NCBI RefSeq assembly: GCF_009914755.1
Contig: NC_060942.1
Reading direction: 5' to 3' (one strand)
DNA length: 64,000 nucleotides
Origin: the human T2T-CHM13v2.0 reference genome, Homo sapiens
Position 1 is the first letter of the stretch; every line of letters starts with the position of its first letter. The notes under the pieces are model-generated. The model made no database searches and had not been told where the DNA came from. It was given only the letters and a program-made list of their open reading frames with translations. Positions 1 to 15,179 of the stretch are shown in pieces. Made by a program: the position numbers and the translations under genes.

Positions 1-1766
1 CCTCGGCTTCCCATAGTGCTGGGATTACAGGCATGAGCCACCGCGCCCGGCCTGTTTTGTTAAAACTGTAACTAACTCAAGCATGAAAACCATATCTCCT
101 TTTGCTTTTTTTAAATTATTTTACTTCTAGGAATTTATGAGAAGACTATCACAGATAAGCCAAAACTTAGTTGAAGGGTGATTCAGAGCAATGTTTTCAG
201 TATCAAACTGGAAGTAACATAAATGCCAAAAGGTGATTTAAAGCACTGTTCTTCAATAGCAAGGAACTGGAAGAAATATAAACGCTAAACAGTTAGCTGG
301 CTAAACAAATACTACTTCCATAGAACAATGTAATTTAGCTATTAAATGAGATTTATAATCACATGAAAATTTTTATAGTAAATGTGCAAAAAGACACTAT
401 ATAAAATGACATGTACAGTCTGATTCTATCCTTCTAAATCTTGCCAAAAGGTATTCAATGGGTGATAAAAATTTTGGATGGTATCTGCATGTGCTTATCA
501 ATGGTTTTTCAACTATGATAAGCATGTACTACTTTTGCAATAAAAAAAAAAAACTGCCAGGTGCAGTGGCTCACACCTGTAATCCCAACACTCTGGGAGG
601 CGAGGGCAGGTGGATCACCTACCTGAGCCCAGCAGTTCGAGACCAGCCTGGGCAACACGGTGAAACACTGTCTCTACAAAAAGCACAAAAATTAGTCGGG
701 AGTCGTGGCACTCGCCTGTAGTCCCAGCTACTCGGGAGGCTGATCACCTGAGCCCTGGGAGGTCGAGGGTGCAGTCAGTCATGATTGTGCCACTGAGCTC
801 CAACCTGGGTAACAGAGTGAGACCTTGTCTCAAAACACACACACACACACTTCACTGCTACCACCCACTGTAGTTCAGGCTTTTACTGCTGAGCACATTT
901 TTCTAATTAAGTTGCATCTGGTCTCCCTACTGCTAATCTCTCTCCAATCTAATCCACTCAACAACTATAACCATTTTCAGACACTGCCAACACCACCACT
1001 CCTTTCTTCCCTTTGGCCTGTTATCAACCTCTACTGGGCCTGACATTCAAGTGCCCTCCACAATGTGGCTCCAAACTACTTTTCAATCTCATCTCACTTC
1101 TAAGAACTGATACAGTAACAACAAAATGTAATCTTTGTTAGCAGTTTATTAAGGACTTCGTCTCAAGAAAGCGTAACTGCCTATATGCATCATTGTTTTA
1201 ACCATCAGAGTTCTATGAATGCCTCTCTTGACAGTAATTAGCATTAGTATTGATATTACATTTCCATTCCATGAATGAGTGAACAGGCACAAAGGGCAAT
1301 AGAGTGTAAATTCCTCTCTGTTACATACTTTAACGTAAAAGAATGAACACTGGCTTAAGGACTCTGGTTTCATCTGTAGCTCCCGCTCTTCCACTAGATG
1401 GCACTATTACTCTTTACAAATTCAGTACTTATACAATGCTAAGGATTACTACTGTTCATTTCTTATTCACGTTATTCTCACATATTGTTAGTGTTATTCT
1501 CCTACAGAAGGGGAAAAAATGCAAGCTGGTAAAATAATTTTACAATTTCAAGACGATAATTTACTCCTTTGTTCAAAATGCTCAACTGCAGCTCTACAAA
1601 CTGCATGCCTTGAACACACAGCCCACTTAAGACTTTTTAAGTACTGGACTCTGCTAAAATGATTTAACCAATTATGTTGGATATAATTTTATTCAAAATC
1701 CTCAAGTGTCTTTCAATCATTTTTATTTATTAAAGTATCATTCTTTTCTGATTTAGCTACAAGTAA

Positions 1767-2104
<338 letters not shown>

Positions 2105-2583
2105 CAAGTTACATTTCTAATGGCATTCATTTACTTAACACAAACACCTGAGTGCCTACCAGGAGACAGAAACTACTCTAAGCATTGAGGGCATGGTAAT
2201 AAATATGAAAAACAAAACAAGGTTCATCTCATGAAACTCACATCCTAGTGGCAGGTGCACATGAAAACTAAGTATATAAAGTATTAATAGAAAGAATATG
2301 GAAGAAAAACAAAAACCAAAATGACAATGTAATACAGTTGGGAAGAGGGGGCCAGAGGAATGAGTAGATGGGACCAAAAGAAAAGGATGTAGGACTCTCT
2401 GAAGACTTGACATAGGAATATAAACCTGAGTGGAAAAGGAACCAGCTAAGGAAAGAGCAGGAGGCAAGAGCATTCCAGTCCCTCTCTGTTAACAATCAGC
2501 AAAGCAAAAAGCTCTGATTTTAGAACATGCTTGATATACCTGAAAAACAAAATGCAAGCCAAGATGATACAAGATGAGGTTAA

Positions 2584-2937
<354 letters not shown>

Positions 2938-3289
2938 CCATTGATGAGTTTCTAAAGAGGAGTGTGATGGGATCTGATTTCTTAAAAGATCCATATGGTT
3001 GCAATGATGTAGGGAGATATGAGAGGGAGCAGAAGATCATCTTATAAGCCAGGTAGTACATGACAACCACTTAGACAGGGGTGGTTTGGCAGCAGTTATG
3101 AAACATGTATGTTACAGTTCTACTTAATTAAGACATAAAAAGTCTTCCATTTATATGATAGAGCAAACTCATGTTTATCTGCTCCCTCCCAATAAGTCAC
3201 TAAAATAATAAAGCAATTTACACAGGCAGAAATCCACAAGCACAGAGGAAAGTGGACCACAGCATACCAATGTCAAGAACCTGTTGGAC

Positions 3290-3736
<447 letters not shown>

Positions 3737-4711
3737 TTAAGGTTGACAAGAAGGATCAACTAAAACTCTACACGAATCTGGTAAAACCCTTATCCCATAT
3801 AACTAAAAGATGGAAGATAAGAAGCTCAGCAAAAGAGTGTGCGCATCTAGGGACCCAAATCACAGTGCTAAGAGGTAAAAGCACTGTTCAAAAAACAGAT
3901 GTCCTATGTTATCTAACCAGCAAATCTGGTGTGTTTTCCTCTGGAGAAAATGAATGGCCTTGGACAGAAGGCTTATAGATAATATTCAGAAATCATCAAA
4001 GAAGGCAATAAGACTGGTTAACAGGATCAAGTCTTTAACATGAATCAGCAATTTCATCTTTAGAAATTTATCAGAATTATTAACGGATCAATATGTGAGT
4101 GAAAAGTTAACTGAAGAGATGTTCTCTGAAATTCTGTTAAGAATAGAAAAGCAATAAAAATAAATAGTCTGAGCAACACAGCAAAACCTCATCTCTGCAA
4201 AAAAATAAAAAATTGGCCAGGCATTGTGAGGTACACTTGTAGTCCTAGCTACTTGGGAGGCTGAGGCAGGAGGTGTGTGAGGTTACAGTGAGCTATGATC
4301 TTGCCACTGTACTCCAGTGTGGATGACAAAGTGAGATCCTGTCTATTTAAAAAAAAAAAAGTAACAGAGAACAGAGCAGTTAAATAAATTATCATACATC
4401 CATATATTAAAAGGAAAACAATGACATGTAAGATGCATATAATGTATTACATGAAAAAGAAAGGACAGAAAATGCAGAGCCCATAAACAGGGCTAAGTCT
4501 TTTGCTTAAGTAACTTTTTCCCTTTGATGGAAATAATTACTTGTATTATCAACAACTAAAAGATTACACGATTCCTGAAAAAACTCAGTTAAACATAAAA
4601 TATTTTAGGACAATATTTAGACCTCAAAAATATAAATTAAGAAACTAGTCACATGCTTCTTTGAAACATCCACAGAGCTGCATCTTACCAAATTCTAAAT
4701 TTAAATCAAAT

Positions 4712-7483
4712 ACAGCCATACCTCGTTTTATCATGCTTCATTTTAATACACTTTCAAGATACTGTGTTTTCTTATAAGCTGAGTTTGTGGCAACCCGGCA
4801 CCAAACAAGTCTAGAGGTACCATTTTCCCAACAGCATGTGCTCACTTAAGTGTCTGTCAAATTTTGGTATTTCTTGTGCTATTTCAAACTTCACTATTCT
4901 TATGCATTATGGTAATCTGTGATCAGTGATTTAAGACAGCAAACTTAATCCACACACATTGTGTTCTCACTGCTCCACTGACTGGCTGTCCCTGTCTCTC
5001 CCTCCCTATTTGCTGAGACACAACATTGGAATTGGGCCAATTAAGAATCCTACCATGGCCTCTAAATGTTCAAGTGAAAGAAAGAATCATAGGTCTCTCA
5101 CTTTAAATCAAAAGCTAGAAGTGATGAAGTTTAGTGAGGAAGGCATGTCAAAAGCCAAAACAGGCCAAAAGTTAGGCCACTTGCACCAATTAGCCAAGCT
5201 GTGAATGCAAAGGCAAAGTTCTCGAAGGAAACTAAAATCGCCACTCCAGGCCTGGTGTGGTGGCTCATGCCTGTAATCTTAGCACTTTGGGAGGCTGAGG
5301 CAGGAGGACTGTTTTGAGTCCAGAAGGTCAAGACCAGCTTGGGCAACATAGTGAGACCCTGTCTCTACAAAAAAATTTTAAAATTAGCCAGGCATGGTAT
5401 CACATGCCTCTACTTCCAGCTACTCAGGAGGCTGAAGTGGAAGGATTGCTAGAGCCCAGGAGGTTGAAGTTGCAGTGAGCCGTGATCAAGCCACTGCACT
5501 CAAGCCTGGACAAGAGTGACACAATATCTCAAAAAAAGGTGGGGGGCTACTCTAGTGTACACACAAATAAGAAAGCTAAACAGCCTTACTGGTGATATGT
5601 AGGAAGTTTCAGTAGTCTGGATAGAAGATCAAACCAGCCACATTCCCTTAAACTAAAGCCTAATTAATCCACAGCAAGGCCCAAACGCTCTTCAATTCTA
5701 TGAAGCCTGAGGGAGGTAAAGAAGCTACAGAAGCAAAGTTTGAAAGTAGCAGAGGTTGGTTTATGGAAAGAAGCTGTCTCCGTAACTTCGAAGTGCAGAG
5801 TGAAGCAGCAAGGGCTGAACTAAGAACTGCAGCAAGTTACCCAGAGGCTCTAGCTAAGGTCGTTGATGACCGTGGCTACACTAAACAACAGATTTTCCAT
5901 GTAGAAAAAAGAGCCTGGTACTGGAAGAAGATGCCACCTGGGACTTTCATAGCTAGAGAGAAATAAATGCCTGCCTTCAAAGCTTCAACAAACAAGCTGG
6001 CCCTCATTAGGAGCTAAAGTAGCTGACGACTTTAAGTAGAGGCCAATGTTCATTTACCATTCTGAATAATTCTAGAGTCCTTAAGAATTATGCTAAATTT
6101 ACTCTGCCTGTGCTCTATAAAAGAAACAAGTATAGATGACAATACATCTATTTACAGCATAGTTTACTGAGTATTTTAAGCCAACTGTTGAGACCTGCAA
6201 AATATTACTATTGGCCAGATGTAGTGATTCCCACCTGTAGTCACAGCACTTTGGGAGGCCCAGGTGGGAGGACTGCTTGACCCAAGAGTTCAAGACTAGC
6301 CTGGGCAACACAGCAAGAACTCTTCTTTACAAAACATTTAAAAATTAGCCAGGCATGGTGGCACACACCTGCAGTCCTAGCTACTTTGGAAGCTGAAGCA
6401 GGAAGATAACTTGTACTCATGAGTTCGAGGTTACAGTGAGCTGTGATTGCATGACTACTCCAGCCTGGGTGACAGAACAAGAGACTGTCTCCAAAATAAC
6501 AATAATAAAAAATTACTATTGACAACATACCTGGTCACCCAAGAGCTCTGATGAAGATGTACAATGTGACTAGTGTTCATGCCTGCTAACACGTGTTCTG
6601 CCACTTATAGATAAAAGAGCAATTTTGACATTCAAGTCTCACTATTTAAGAAATACATTTCGTAAGGCTATATAGCTGCCATAGTCATTCCTGTGATGAA
6701 TATCGGCAAAGTAACTGAAAACTTTCAGAAAATGATTCACAATTCTAGATGGCATTAAAAACATTCATGATTCATGGGAGGAGATAAAATATCAACATTA
6801 ACAGGAGTTTGGAAGAAGTTTACTCCAATTCTCATGGCTGACTTTGTGGGGTTCAAGACTTCAGTGGTGAAAATAACTGTAGATCTGCTGCAAATAGCAA
6901 GAGAACGAGACACAGAAGTGGAGCCTGAAGATGTGACTGAACTGCTCCAATCTCATAAAACTTGTTGGTGAGGAGTTGCTTCTTATGGATGGGCAAATAA
7001 AGTGGTTTCCTGAGATGGAATCTACTCCCAGTGGAGATGAAATGACAACAAAGGATTTACTTGATAAAGCAGTAGCAGGGCTTGAGAAAATTGCTTCTAA
7101 TTTTGAAAGCAGTTCTGCTGTAGGCAAAATGCTATCAAATGTACTGCATCCTACAGAGAAATCTTTCAAGAAAGAAGTCAACTGATGCAGCAAACTTTAT
7201 CACTGTGTTAATAAACTGCCATAGCCACATCCTTCAGCAATCACCACCCTAATCAGTCAACAGCCATCAATATCAAGGCAAGACCCTCCACCAGCAGACT
7301 ATGACTAACAGAAGGCTCAGATGATTAGTCTTTTTCAGCAATGAAGCATTTTTAACTAAGATACGTACATTTTTTATATGTAATTTTATATGTAATCCTA
7401 ATGCTTAGACAACAGTAAAGTGTAATTGTAATACTTAGACAACAGTAAAGTTGTAAACATAACTTTTGTATGTACTAGGAAAC
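4712..7483 (+). mobile_element. Near full-length decayed Tigger1 DNA transposon, interrupted by two Alus (~5248-5537, ~6213-6510)
   Basis: Starts ta|CAGCCATACCTCG (Tigger1-like end). Transposase remnants in several frames: [42 protein letters not shown]. The 3' end appears truncated. Confidence 0.9.
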
Positions 7484-7667
7484 AATGTCAAAGTCAAAAT
7501 GTCATTTTAATTCTCCTATTCATGTATGCCTTCCAAGATAATAAGCTAACTGAAAAACAGTTTATGCAATACTTTCAACTTCATAATGGTAAAATGATTC
7601 CTATAGCAATCCCTAAATATTATAAATGTAAACTAAAGTTATTAATAGTCTATTTTAACAGTTATCT

Positions 7668-7987
<320 letters not shown>

Positions 7988-8694
7988 CAACAGTTATCTG
8001 CTTCTGCTTAGTAACCAACTATAGTCAGAAGTTTCAAAAATAATGATTGTCTTAAAACACAAATTTTAAACCACTTCATGTTTTCATTCATTACACATGC
8101 TTTAATAATGGCTTCCTTAAGAAATATGAAATGGCCAATTCCCGAACTGATACTTTAAATTTATGTTCCATTATCAAAAATGCAGCAACAAATGACACAT
8201 CAGTATCTGGTCAACCACTGTTAATGTTCAAAGATACACAATAGATGAAAATTACTTGATAGTATCACAGCTGATTCAGAAAACATAAATCTTCACCTCT
8301 CAGTCTCAACTTCAAAGTGATGCCACCTACTTGGTACAAAAAAGTCTAAATATCTCAAATCATTTCCACATCTTCTACAAAGGAATAACATAGTTCTAAG
8401 TGATAATTTACAAAGAGTTCTGTGGAATAACTTTCAAGTTTATTTCTGTACTTGTAAAGAGTATTTACTTGTTAAAAAACAGCTGAACATAATTGAGGTG
8501 ATTTCTTCTTTATAATATAAAATCCAGTTATGCAGAAGAACAACAAAAAAAGTTCCTAGAAGGCTTTATTTCAAGACAGTGATTACCTCTGAGAAGAGAG
8601 GGAGCAGAAAAAGTTGGAAAAAATAGGACTTTAGCATTTGCTTTAATCTTAGATTTAAGTAAAAACAGGAAGCAATGTGTCTTTTTGATGAAGT

Positions 8695-8895
8695 GCACTG
8701 GCTCTGGAGGCAGATTCTCTGCGTTCCAAACAACTCACTAGCTCTTTGTGACCTTAGGCAAGTTACTTAATCTTCCTGTGCCTCAGTTCTGTATCTATCA
8801 AATGTGGATAATACATCCTGCTGTGTAAGATTAAATGAGTTGCTTATGTGAAGTGCCTAGAATAGTACCTGACACATGAATGTTAACATTATTAT
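8695..8895 (+). mobile_element. MIR SINE
   Basis: Core tgtgaccttaggcaagttacttaatcttcctgtgcctcagtt...aaatgtggataata. Confidence 0.8.
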
Positions 8896-9119
8896 TATCA
8901 TCAGCCTCATAATCTATGACTGTCAACTATGAAATGTGGCTGGAAGGCACTGGGGGAAAAGGGGGTTGTGGGGAGTGGCATCTGATCTATTTTCTACAGT
9001 TACACTTCAAATATAAATTCTGTTTTTGTAAACAGTGACAAATGACCATCATCATAAGTGAGAAAGTATAAAGCAGAATAAAGTTACAGTCTTCTCTTCA
9101 ATTTTCAAAAACATGAGAC

Positions 9120-9210
9120 AATACAGGCTTCAGGGTTTGATATTTATTTTTAGCAGGAAGAATATACTAATGGTGACGACATCGTTAGAAGATACGCCCA
9201 TGTCCAATAT
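9120..9210 (-). other. RPRD1A: Putative alternative terminal exon of RPRD1A (ILDMGVSSNDVVTISIFFLLKINIKP* if joined to exon 6)
   Basis: Strong acceptor cttctgttgcag at 9211; open phase-0 frame to TGA at 9132-9130; AATAAA at 9148-9143; U/GU-rich sequence downstream. Confidence 0.5.
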
Positions 9211-10431
9211 CTGCAACAGAAGCTCAATAGAAGTTAAAGAAACCATACTAAAAGACTAAAGACAAAAATTGTATGACATTACTTACCCTTAATTCTGTGG
9301 ACAATAAAACAATTAACACTATGTTTAAAATTGAGGTTTCATCACAAGGTGAAATAGTGGCAAGTTAATTATCAAATTCATCTTTTAAAAAAAAAAACCA
9401 TCTTTTCCTTTCCATGTAGAAGTGGGCAACCTCTTCAAAGGTATAGTGGCCACCAACTATCATCATCTGAGGGTATTTATACGAGCAGAGAAGGAGTAAA
9501 TTGCAAAGGAGTAGTGCTAACTTGAGAGCTGGGAATTTGAGGTGGGAATAATTAAGTAGCAGCTCCCATGGGTAGCAATGGCAATCTAATCTAAGCACCA
9601 TTTTTGGCACAATTAGAGACTGCTGAATCAATAACTAAACACTAATAAAAATAACTTAATGGGGTAGTACCATGACATTCCTACAAATTTACAGTGAGCT
9701 TTCTGTAAATAAAGGGATTCAAATTAGAAATTCTCCTACATATTATTACAATAAGAAATTGCCACAGCAATACAATTTAAACAAGAACTCATCAACTGAA
9801 AGATTTTTTTTACATAAAACCAAATCTGGCTCATGTATCCCTAACAATTGCTACTCTAATCAAAGGAAATACGAGCATTTTTTAAAATCACCTCCTGTAC
9901 TCCCAGATTTCTCATTAGCGGTATTAATTATTACTTAATTTACAGGAGCAATGAATTTCTGCCTAAGAGTGTGAGCCGGGAGTGGGGCTGGAACATGTAA
10001 GCATTAGAATTGGCGGGTGGAATTAAGGGAGTAATTTAAAGACTTAATGGTATACCTAAAAGACTACATCTTCTCAAAACAGAAACTAAATAAATCCTAC
10101 TACAAGTGACTGCCACCTGCTATTTTCCTATTATTTCTGTGATACATTAGGGTTAAACTGGTAAGATAAATTATAGTTGCATGGAATTTCACAAGAATAA
10201 TTTTTAAATGCAATCAATTTTGCTAATTCCAAATTTCTAAGTTTACTTGCAAGATTAATTTGGTTCAAGTAGAAGAAAAACCATTAATACAAGGAGAAGC
10301 TTACCTGGGCTACTGCTTAAAAAGGTCTATGTTAAAAAATGCAAAATGTGCACATAGATTAAAATATTTTAAAATTCCTAACAAAAAGAGAATTAAATAA
10401 ATAAGCACTAAAGAAGAAAAAGGTTACGCAC

Positions 10432-10607
10432 TTCCAATTTATGCTCTTTCTCTGCAAGGGCTTCCTTTTGACAACGAAGAAAATCTGCTAACATTCGAGT
10501 GAGTTGCTTTCTATCATCTATTTCTGCCGCCAATCTGCCATTGTAATCTGCCAGCAACATACACGCATCCTCTACCATTTTGGAAAGCCTTTCTCCAGAT
10601 TCTTTAT
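10432..10607 (-). CDS. RPRD1A: RPRD1A coding exon 6 (DKESGERLSKMVEDACMLLADYNGRL...KEHKLE)
   Basis: Follows a 108-nt intron; acceptor ttttcttag, donor GAA|GTGCGT; 176 nt. Cumulative CDS is 789 nt. Confidence 0.96.
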
Positions 10608-10715
10608 CTAAGAAAAGCACGGGATAATAAAATATTATACAACAAAAACAATGACATATGCTGTTCTCTCATCCCAACTCCCAAAAAAGTTCTGGATCAC
10701 ATTTTCTTTTCTTAC

Positions 10716-10842
10716 CTGTTATTTTATCTAATAGAGATACTTCTTGGACTTCAACAGGTAAAGAAGCTATCCTCTGATGAACTGCTGCATCACCTGAGGC
10801 TGCATTTTCCAGATCTTGTAATGCTCTAACGAGATCTAGAGT
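10716..10842 (-). CDS. RPRD1A: RPRD1A coding exon 5 (TLDLVRALQDLENAASGDAAVHQRIASLPVEVQEVSLLDKIT)
   Basis: Acceptor ctttttag, donor CAG|GTAAGA; 127 nt. Start of the CREPT-type coiled-coil region. Confidence 0.96.
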
Positions 10843-13263
10843 CTAAAAAGTACACAACTTCAGAACCAAAATAAATTGAGCTTAAACAAGTGCAAAAGAC
10901 TTTAATTTCATATTCTTTCATCCCTATGGGCTATTTACTAGTACAAAGCTCCTAATATAAACTGCTTTTGAAGACAATCAATTTCTTTCATATGTTAAGA
11001 AAAAAGGAGGCTATACTATGTTAGGTGTTGAAAATATAAACAGGACAAGGCCCTAGACCTTGAAGAGAGCTTACTCCAGTGGTGGAGACAGAGTAATAAT
11101 AATTATTTGAGTACTAAAATGAGGTAATGAGGATTTATATGGCAAATACATCAGTGGTGAAAGAGAAGGTAGGCTATAACATCAACCTAGAGAATACAAG
11201 TTTTATGTATGATATATTCATTACATTATCATTGTACACTAGAAGTTTTTTTAGTATTAAATTGGATATTATGGAAAGAGGGTTACAAATCATCTACTAC
11301 AACACAGAAGAGTCTCCCAGATTTCATTTCTAAATGCTGTAATTAAAGCCCAAGAGAAATGTAGTTCTAGAATATGTTCAAATATGATATCTTCAAGTAT
11401 CCTATGGCTTGTTAATAAGATTAAAATATTTCAAAATTCCATAATCTGATGACTAATATATATTGCTTAACCAGTACTGAAATTATTTTATCATTAAAAT
11501 ATTTTACTTCCACTGTTTTCATACAAGCTATAATTAGGAGGGAAGCGCAACTCTTTGCTGGTGATTTCACAACTCATAATGTCTATAAAGTTATTCCAAA
11601 GAAAAACAATTAAATTTTATTTTTACTAGTTTCCATTCTCCAGCCCATCTTTTTCATCTTTCTTTCTTAATTTCTAATACTAGATTCAGAAACACTAGGA
11701 AATTACACATATGCTTTAAAAAATATAGGATATTAGTAATTCTGTGTATATATTAAGATTTTTAAACTATTCCCTTGAAAAAAAGGGTAGCACATGACAA
11801 ATGATCAAATGTGGTAGGAATGAATGAAACTAATAAGAAATATACTATCCTACGTGTGCTCACTCATTAGAAGTGTTTAAAATTTCAGTATTTTAAAAAA
11901 TAATTTTGTTGTAAGATATATCCCCTCTACAATTAAGGTGTGCTTAAGAGTAACAACAATTACCAGAAAGCTTGTTTCTCATCTTGCCACAACTAATATA
12001 TTATTTTTAAAATCATTCTTAGAAAATTCTAATTGTCTGGAGTTCTAAGAAGAAATCTGGCTTTATTGTCTTGGCAATGCATTGATGCTTTAATTACAAC
12101 CTGATCTCATCACACCTTCACAGTCCTACATGAGTACATTCTAAGTTCCCAATGCCTGATCAAGCATCAGATAAGAAAGCAAAGTTGTCTGAAACAATAC
12201 TAAGCCTACTACTTCCTACCAGAGGAGAATGAAATGAGTTTAACGGGAACCTACAAAGAGATTTTAGCCATTCTTATAAAGAATAACACACACACAAAAA
12301 TGAAGACCACAAAGCTGAACCATTGATAATTAAGCAGCACAACTAATCTAAAAAACGATCATTATAAAACAAAGAGCAACAGCATTTTACACAAGTACTA
12401 GAGGAGAGGCAGATGATTACTTAAAAATACTCCTAAGATATGCAACTGTGGTTACCCTTTCATCAGGGAGAGCGGAAGGAGACCAGATCCTTTATCTAGA
12501 ACTTAGGTAAAACACTGTTCATAGAATCATGAGGCTCTTAGCCAAAAATGATTTTCTGTCATGAGTTATTACCAAATAGGAAGAGACATAAATCTTAGTG
12601 TTTGGTTGTTCCAAATGTAACATTCTTATCACTTTTCTATTCAAGCTCTTGTCCATAGTGGCCAATGGGCTTCAGCATTCCTATCACTGAACAAACAGGT
12701 AGGTTGACTCAGGTCGTGGCCTTGGTCTGATTCCTTCTGCTTCTCCAGTACTGAGACTAATATAAATCCACAGTTACAGGTAGTAATTGATTGTATTTTT
12801 CTTTCACCTTCATGGGGGAAAGAGCTCCTCCCAGCCTCTGATTTTATTCAGTGAATTTGGAACCAGTCCTCTAACTCCCACGGAGCACTGTGAGTTCCTG
12901 TTGCCCTTGTGAGTTCCTGTGACCTTAAAGGATACTAATTTCTGGCAACCCCATGTCTGCTTCGGGACCAGGGCTCAGCAGGAGCCAGGTTTTGTCTCAC
13001 CTATGAAGTTAGGTGTACAATTTCTAACCCATGAAAATACATTCGCCTTGTTTTAAGAGTATGGTTATGTCTTCATTTTCTCATTTTACACTTTATCTGT
13101 CCCGCCTACATGTTTGAAACATAGAAGGAGGAAGCTTAAAGACTCAATGCCCACTTAAAAAAAAAAAAAAAAAAAAGTCTTTCTGGAATTAATCTGATGG
13201 TTAAGGAATACCATACCATACCAACATGTAGGAGGACACAGAGTGTTAAGATAATAATTCTAA

Positions 13264-13653
<390 letters not shown>

Positions 13654-13734
13654 TTACATTTAAAAACAAAAATACTTAAAGGGGCAGTGATTATGTCCAA
13701 GAATGAAAATTTTAGTGTATTTAAATCATACATG

Positions 13735-14028
13735 AGCCGGGCACAGTGGCTCATGCCTATAATCCCAGCACTTTGGGAGGCCAAGGTGGGAGGATCACTT
13801 GAGGCCAGGAGTTCAAGACCAGCCTGGCCAACATGGTGAAACCCCATCTCTATTAAAAACACAAAAATTAGCTGGGCTTGGTGGCCCGTGCCTGTAGTCT
13901 CAGCTATTTGGAAGGCTAAGGCAGGAGAATCGCTTGAACCCAGGAGGCAGAGGTTGCAGTGAGCCAAGATAGTGCCACTGAACTCCAGCCCTGGGGACAG
14001 AGTGAAACTCCGTCTCAAAAAAAAAAAA
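13735..14028 (+). mobile_element. AluS
   Basis: Full dimer with A tail; TSD AAATCA(T/C)A. Confidence 0.9.
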
Positions 14029-14341
14029 TCACATAACAAAATAGGCATGTTTTGTTTTATTTTAAAAAGTTTAAATAGCTAACATCTCACATCTAACCAT
14101 ATTTGGCAATTAAAAATCCTCTTTCTATACAAAACATGATTTCTATGCAAAATATACAATATACAACATACTACATTTAACATAAGCAATTTGTTAATGA
14201 GGAAGAGATATTCATGTGGCTTCTTTCTTGTACCTAAAAGTATAATAGAAATCAATTTACAGAAGTGAAACGAAATTAATAAAGCTTGGTGGCAACATGA
14301 AGTAAAAGTTTGTAACTCTTTTAACAGGGTAAAATTTCTAC

Positions 14342-14439
14342 CTGTGGTGGTTCACTTGGAGATCCCAGAGAGGAACAGTTTTCATTTTCATCCACCTTTA
14401 TCTGTTCATAAGTTCGCTTCCTAGGCTTCTTATCACCAT
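14342..14439 (-). CDS. RPRD1A: RPRD1A coding exon 4 (GDKKPRKRTYEQIKVDENENCSSLGSPSEPPQ)
   Basis: Follows an 85-nt intron; acceptor tttcag, donor CAG|GTAGAA; 98 nt, ends in phase 0. Contains the basic NLS-like KKPRKR. Confidence 0.95.
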
Positions 14440-14524
14440 CTGAAATGAAAGAACATTTAAGTATTAATGAAAGAATACATTTTAATGAAGAGATCAAGGT
14501 AAGAGATCAGGATTCTACACTTAC

Positions 14525-14631
14525 ACAGAGCTTGTTTAAGTTGTTCTAATACATCATTTTCATAAACAGACCTTTCTTCCCAAATAGATAACACTCTTCC
14601 AAGGTGCTTCTTACAACTTTCATCAGTTTCA
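14525..14631 (-). CDS. RPRD1A: RPRD1A coding exon 3 (ETDESCKKHLGRVLSIWEERSVYENDVLEQLKQAL)
   Basis: Poly-T acceptor tttttag, donor TGT|GTAAGT; 107 nt. The frame is continuous and includes the CID motif IWEERSVY. Confidence 0.96.
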
Positions 14632-15179
14632 CTAAAAAAAAAAAAAAAGAAAAAAAGAAAAATGTTAACAGTAACAATGCATAGTGTTATTGAAAAGGTT
14701 AACGGTAACTTTAAATATAATCAGACATTCATTCCCTGGAAAAAACTGTCCAAATGTCTACTTAGCATCACTATGTGGCCAGCAGCTCAAAAGTGAAGTG
14801 ATCTAGACACACTGCTTGCTTCTAGTAAACATTTTATAAACATATTATTACACAACCAAAAAAAGTTTAAACTGTAAAAGTTTTAGTACTGGCTGCTAGG
14901 GATTTCCTATCCTAATGGGGCCTGGACATGGGGCTAAGGAAGATTTCTCATAGGTTATTTTTTTAAATTTATTCAACAAATACTTATTGATCCAGTTACT
15001 ATCTTTGACATGGAGATGCAAATGCAGCTTATGGCAGTTGTTATTTATAAGTATCACAAAAGAGAACAAAGTGCTTAAGACAGACCTGGCCCTGTTTAAG
15101 AGATATCCGGAAGAGTATTTAAGGAAATGATATTTAATTTGAGATCTTAAGACTAGACATATGGGGAAATGAAAAACAG

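Noticed and set aside
4959-7193. ORFs resembling a CENP-B/pogo transposase (TIGD1-like)
   Set aside because: Fragmented by stops, frameshifts and two Alus. This is a dead Tigger1, not a domesticated gene.
7398-7457. ~30-bp tandem duplication (cttagacaacagtaaagt twice)
   Set aside because: Ordinary slippage duplication inside Tigger1.
12430-13050. GC-richer intronic stretch, possibly an old LTR or enhancer
   Set aside because: I could not assign a family or boundaries with confidence.
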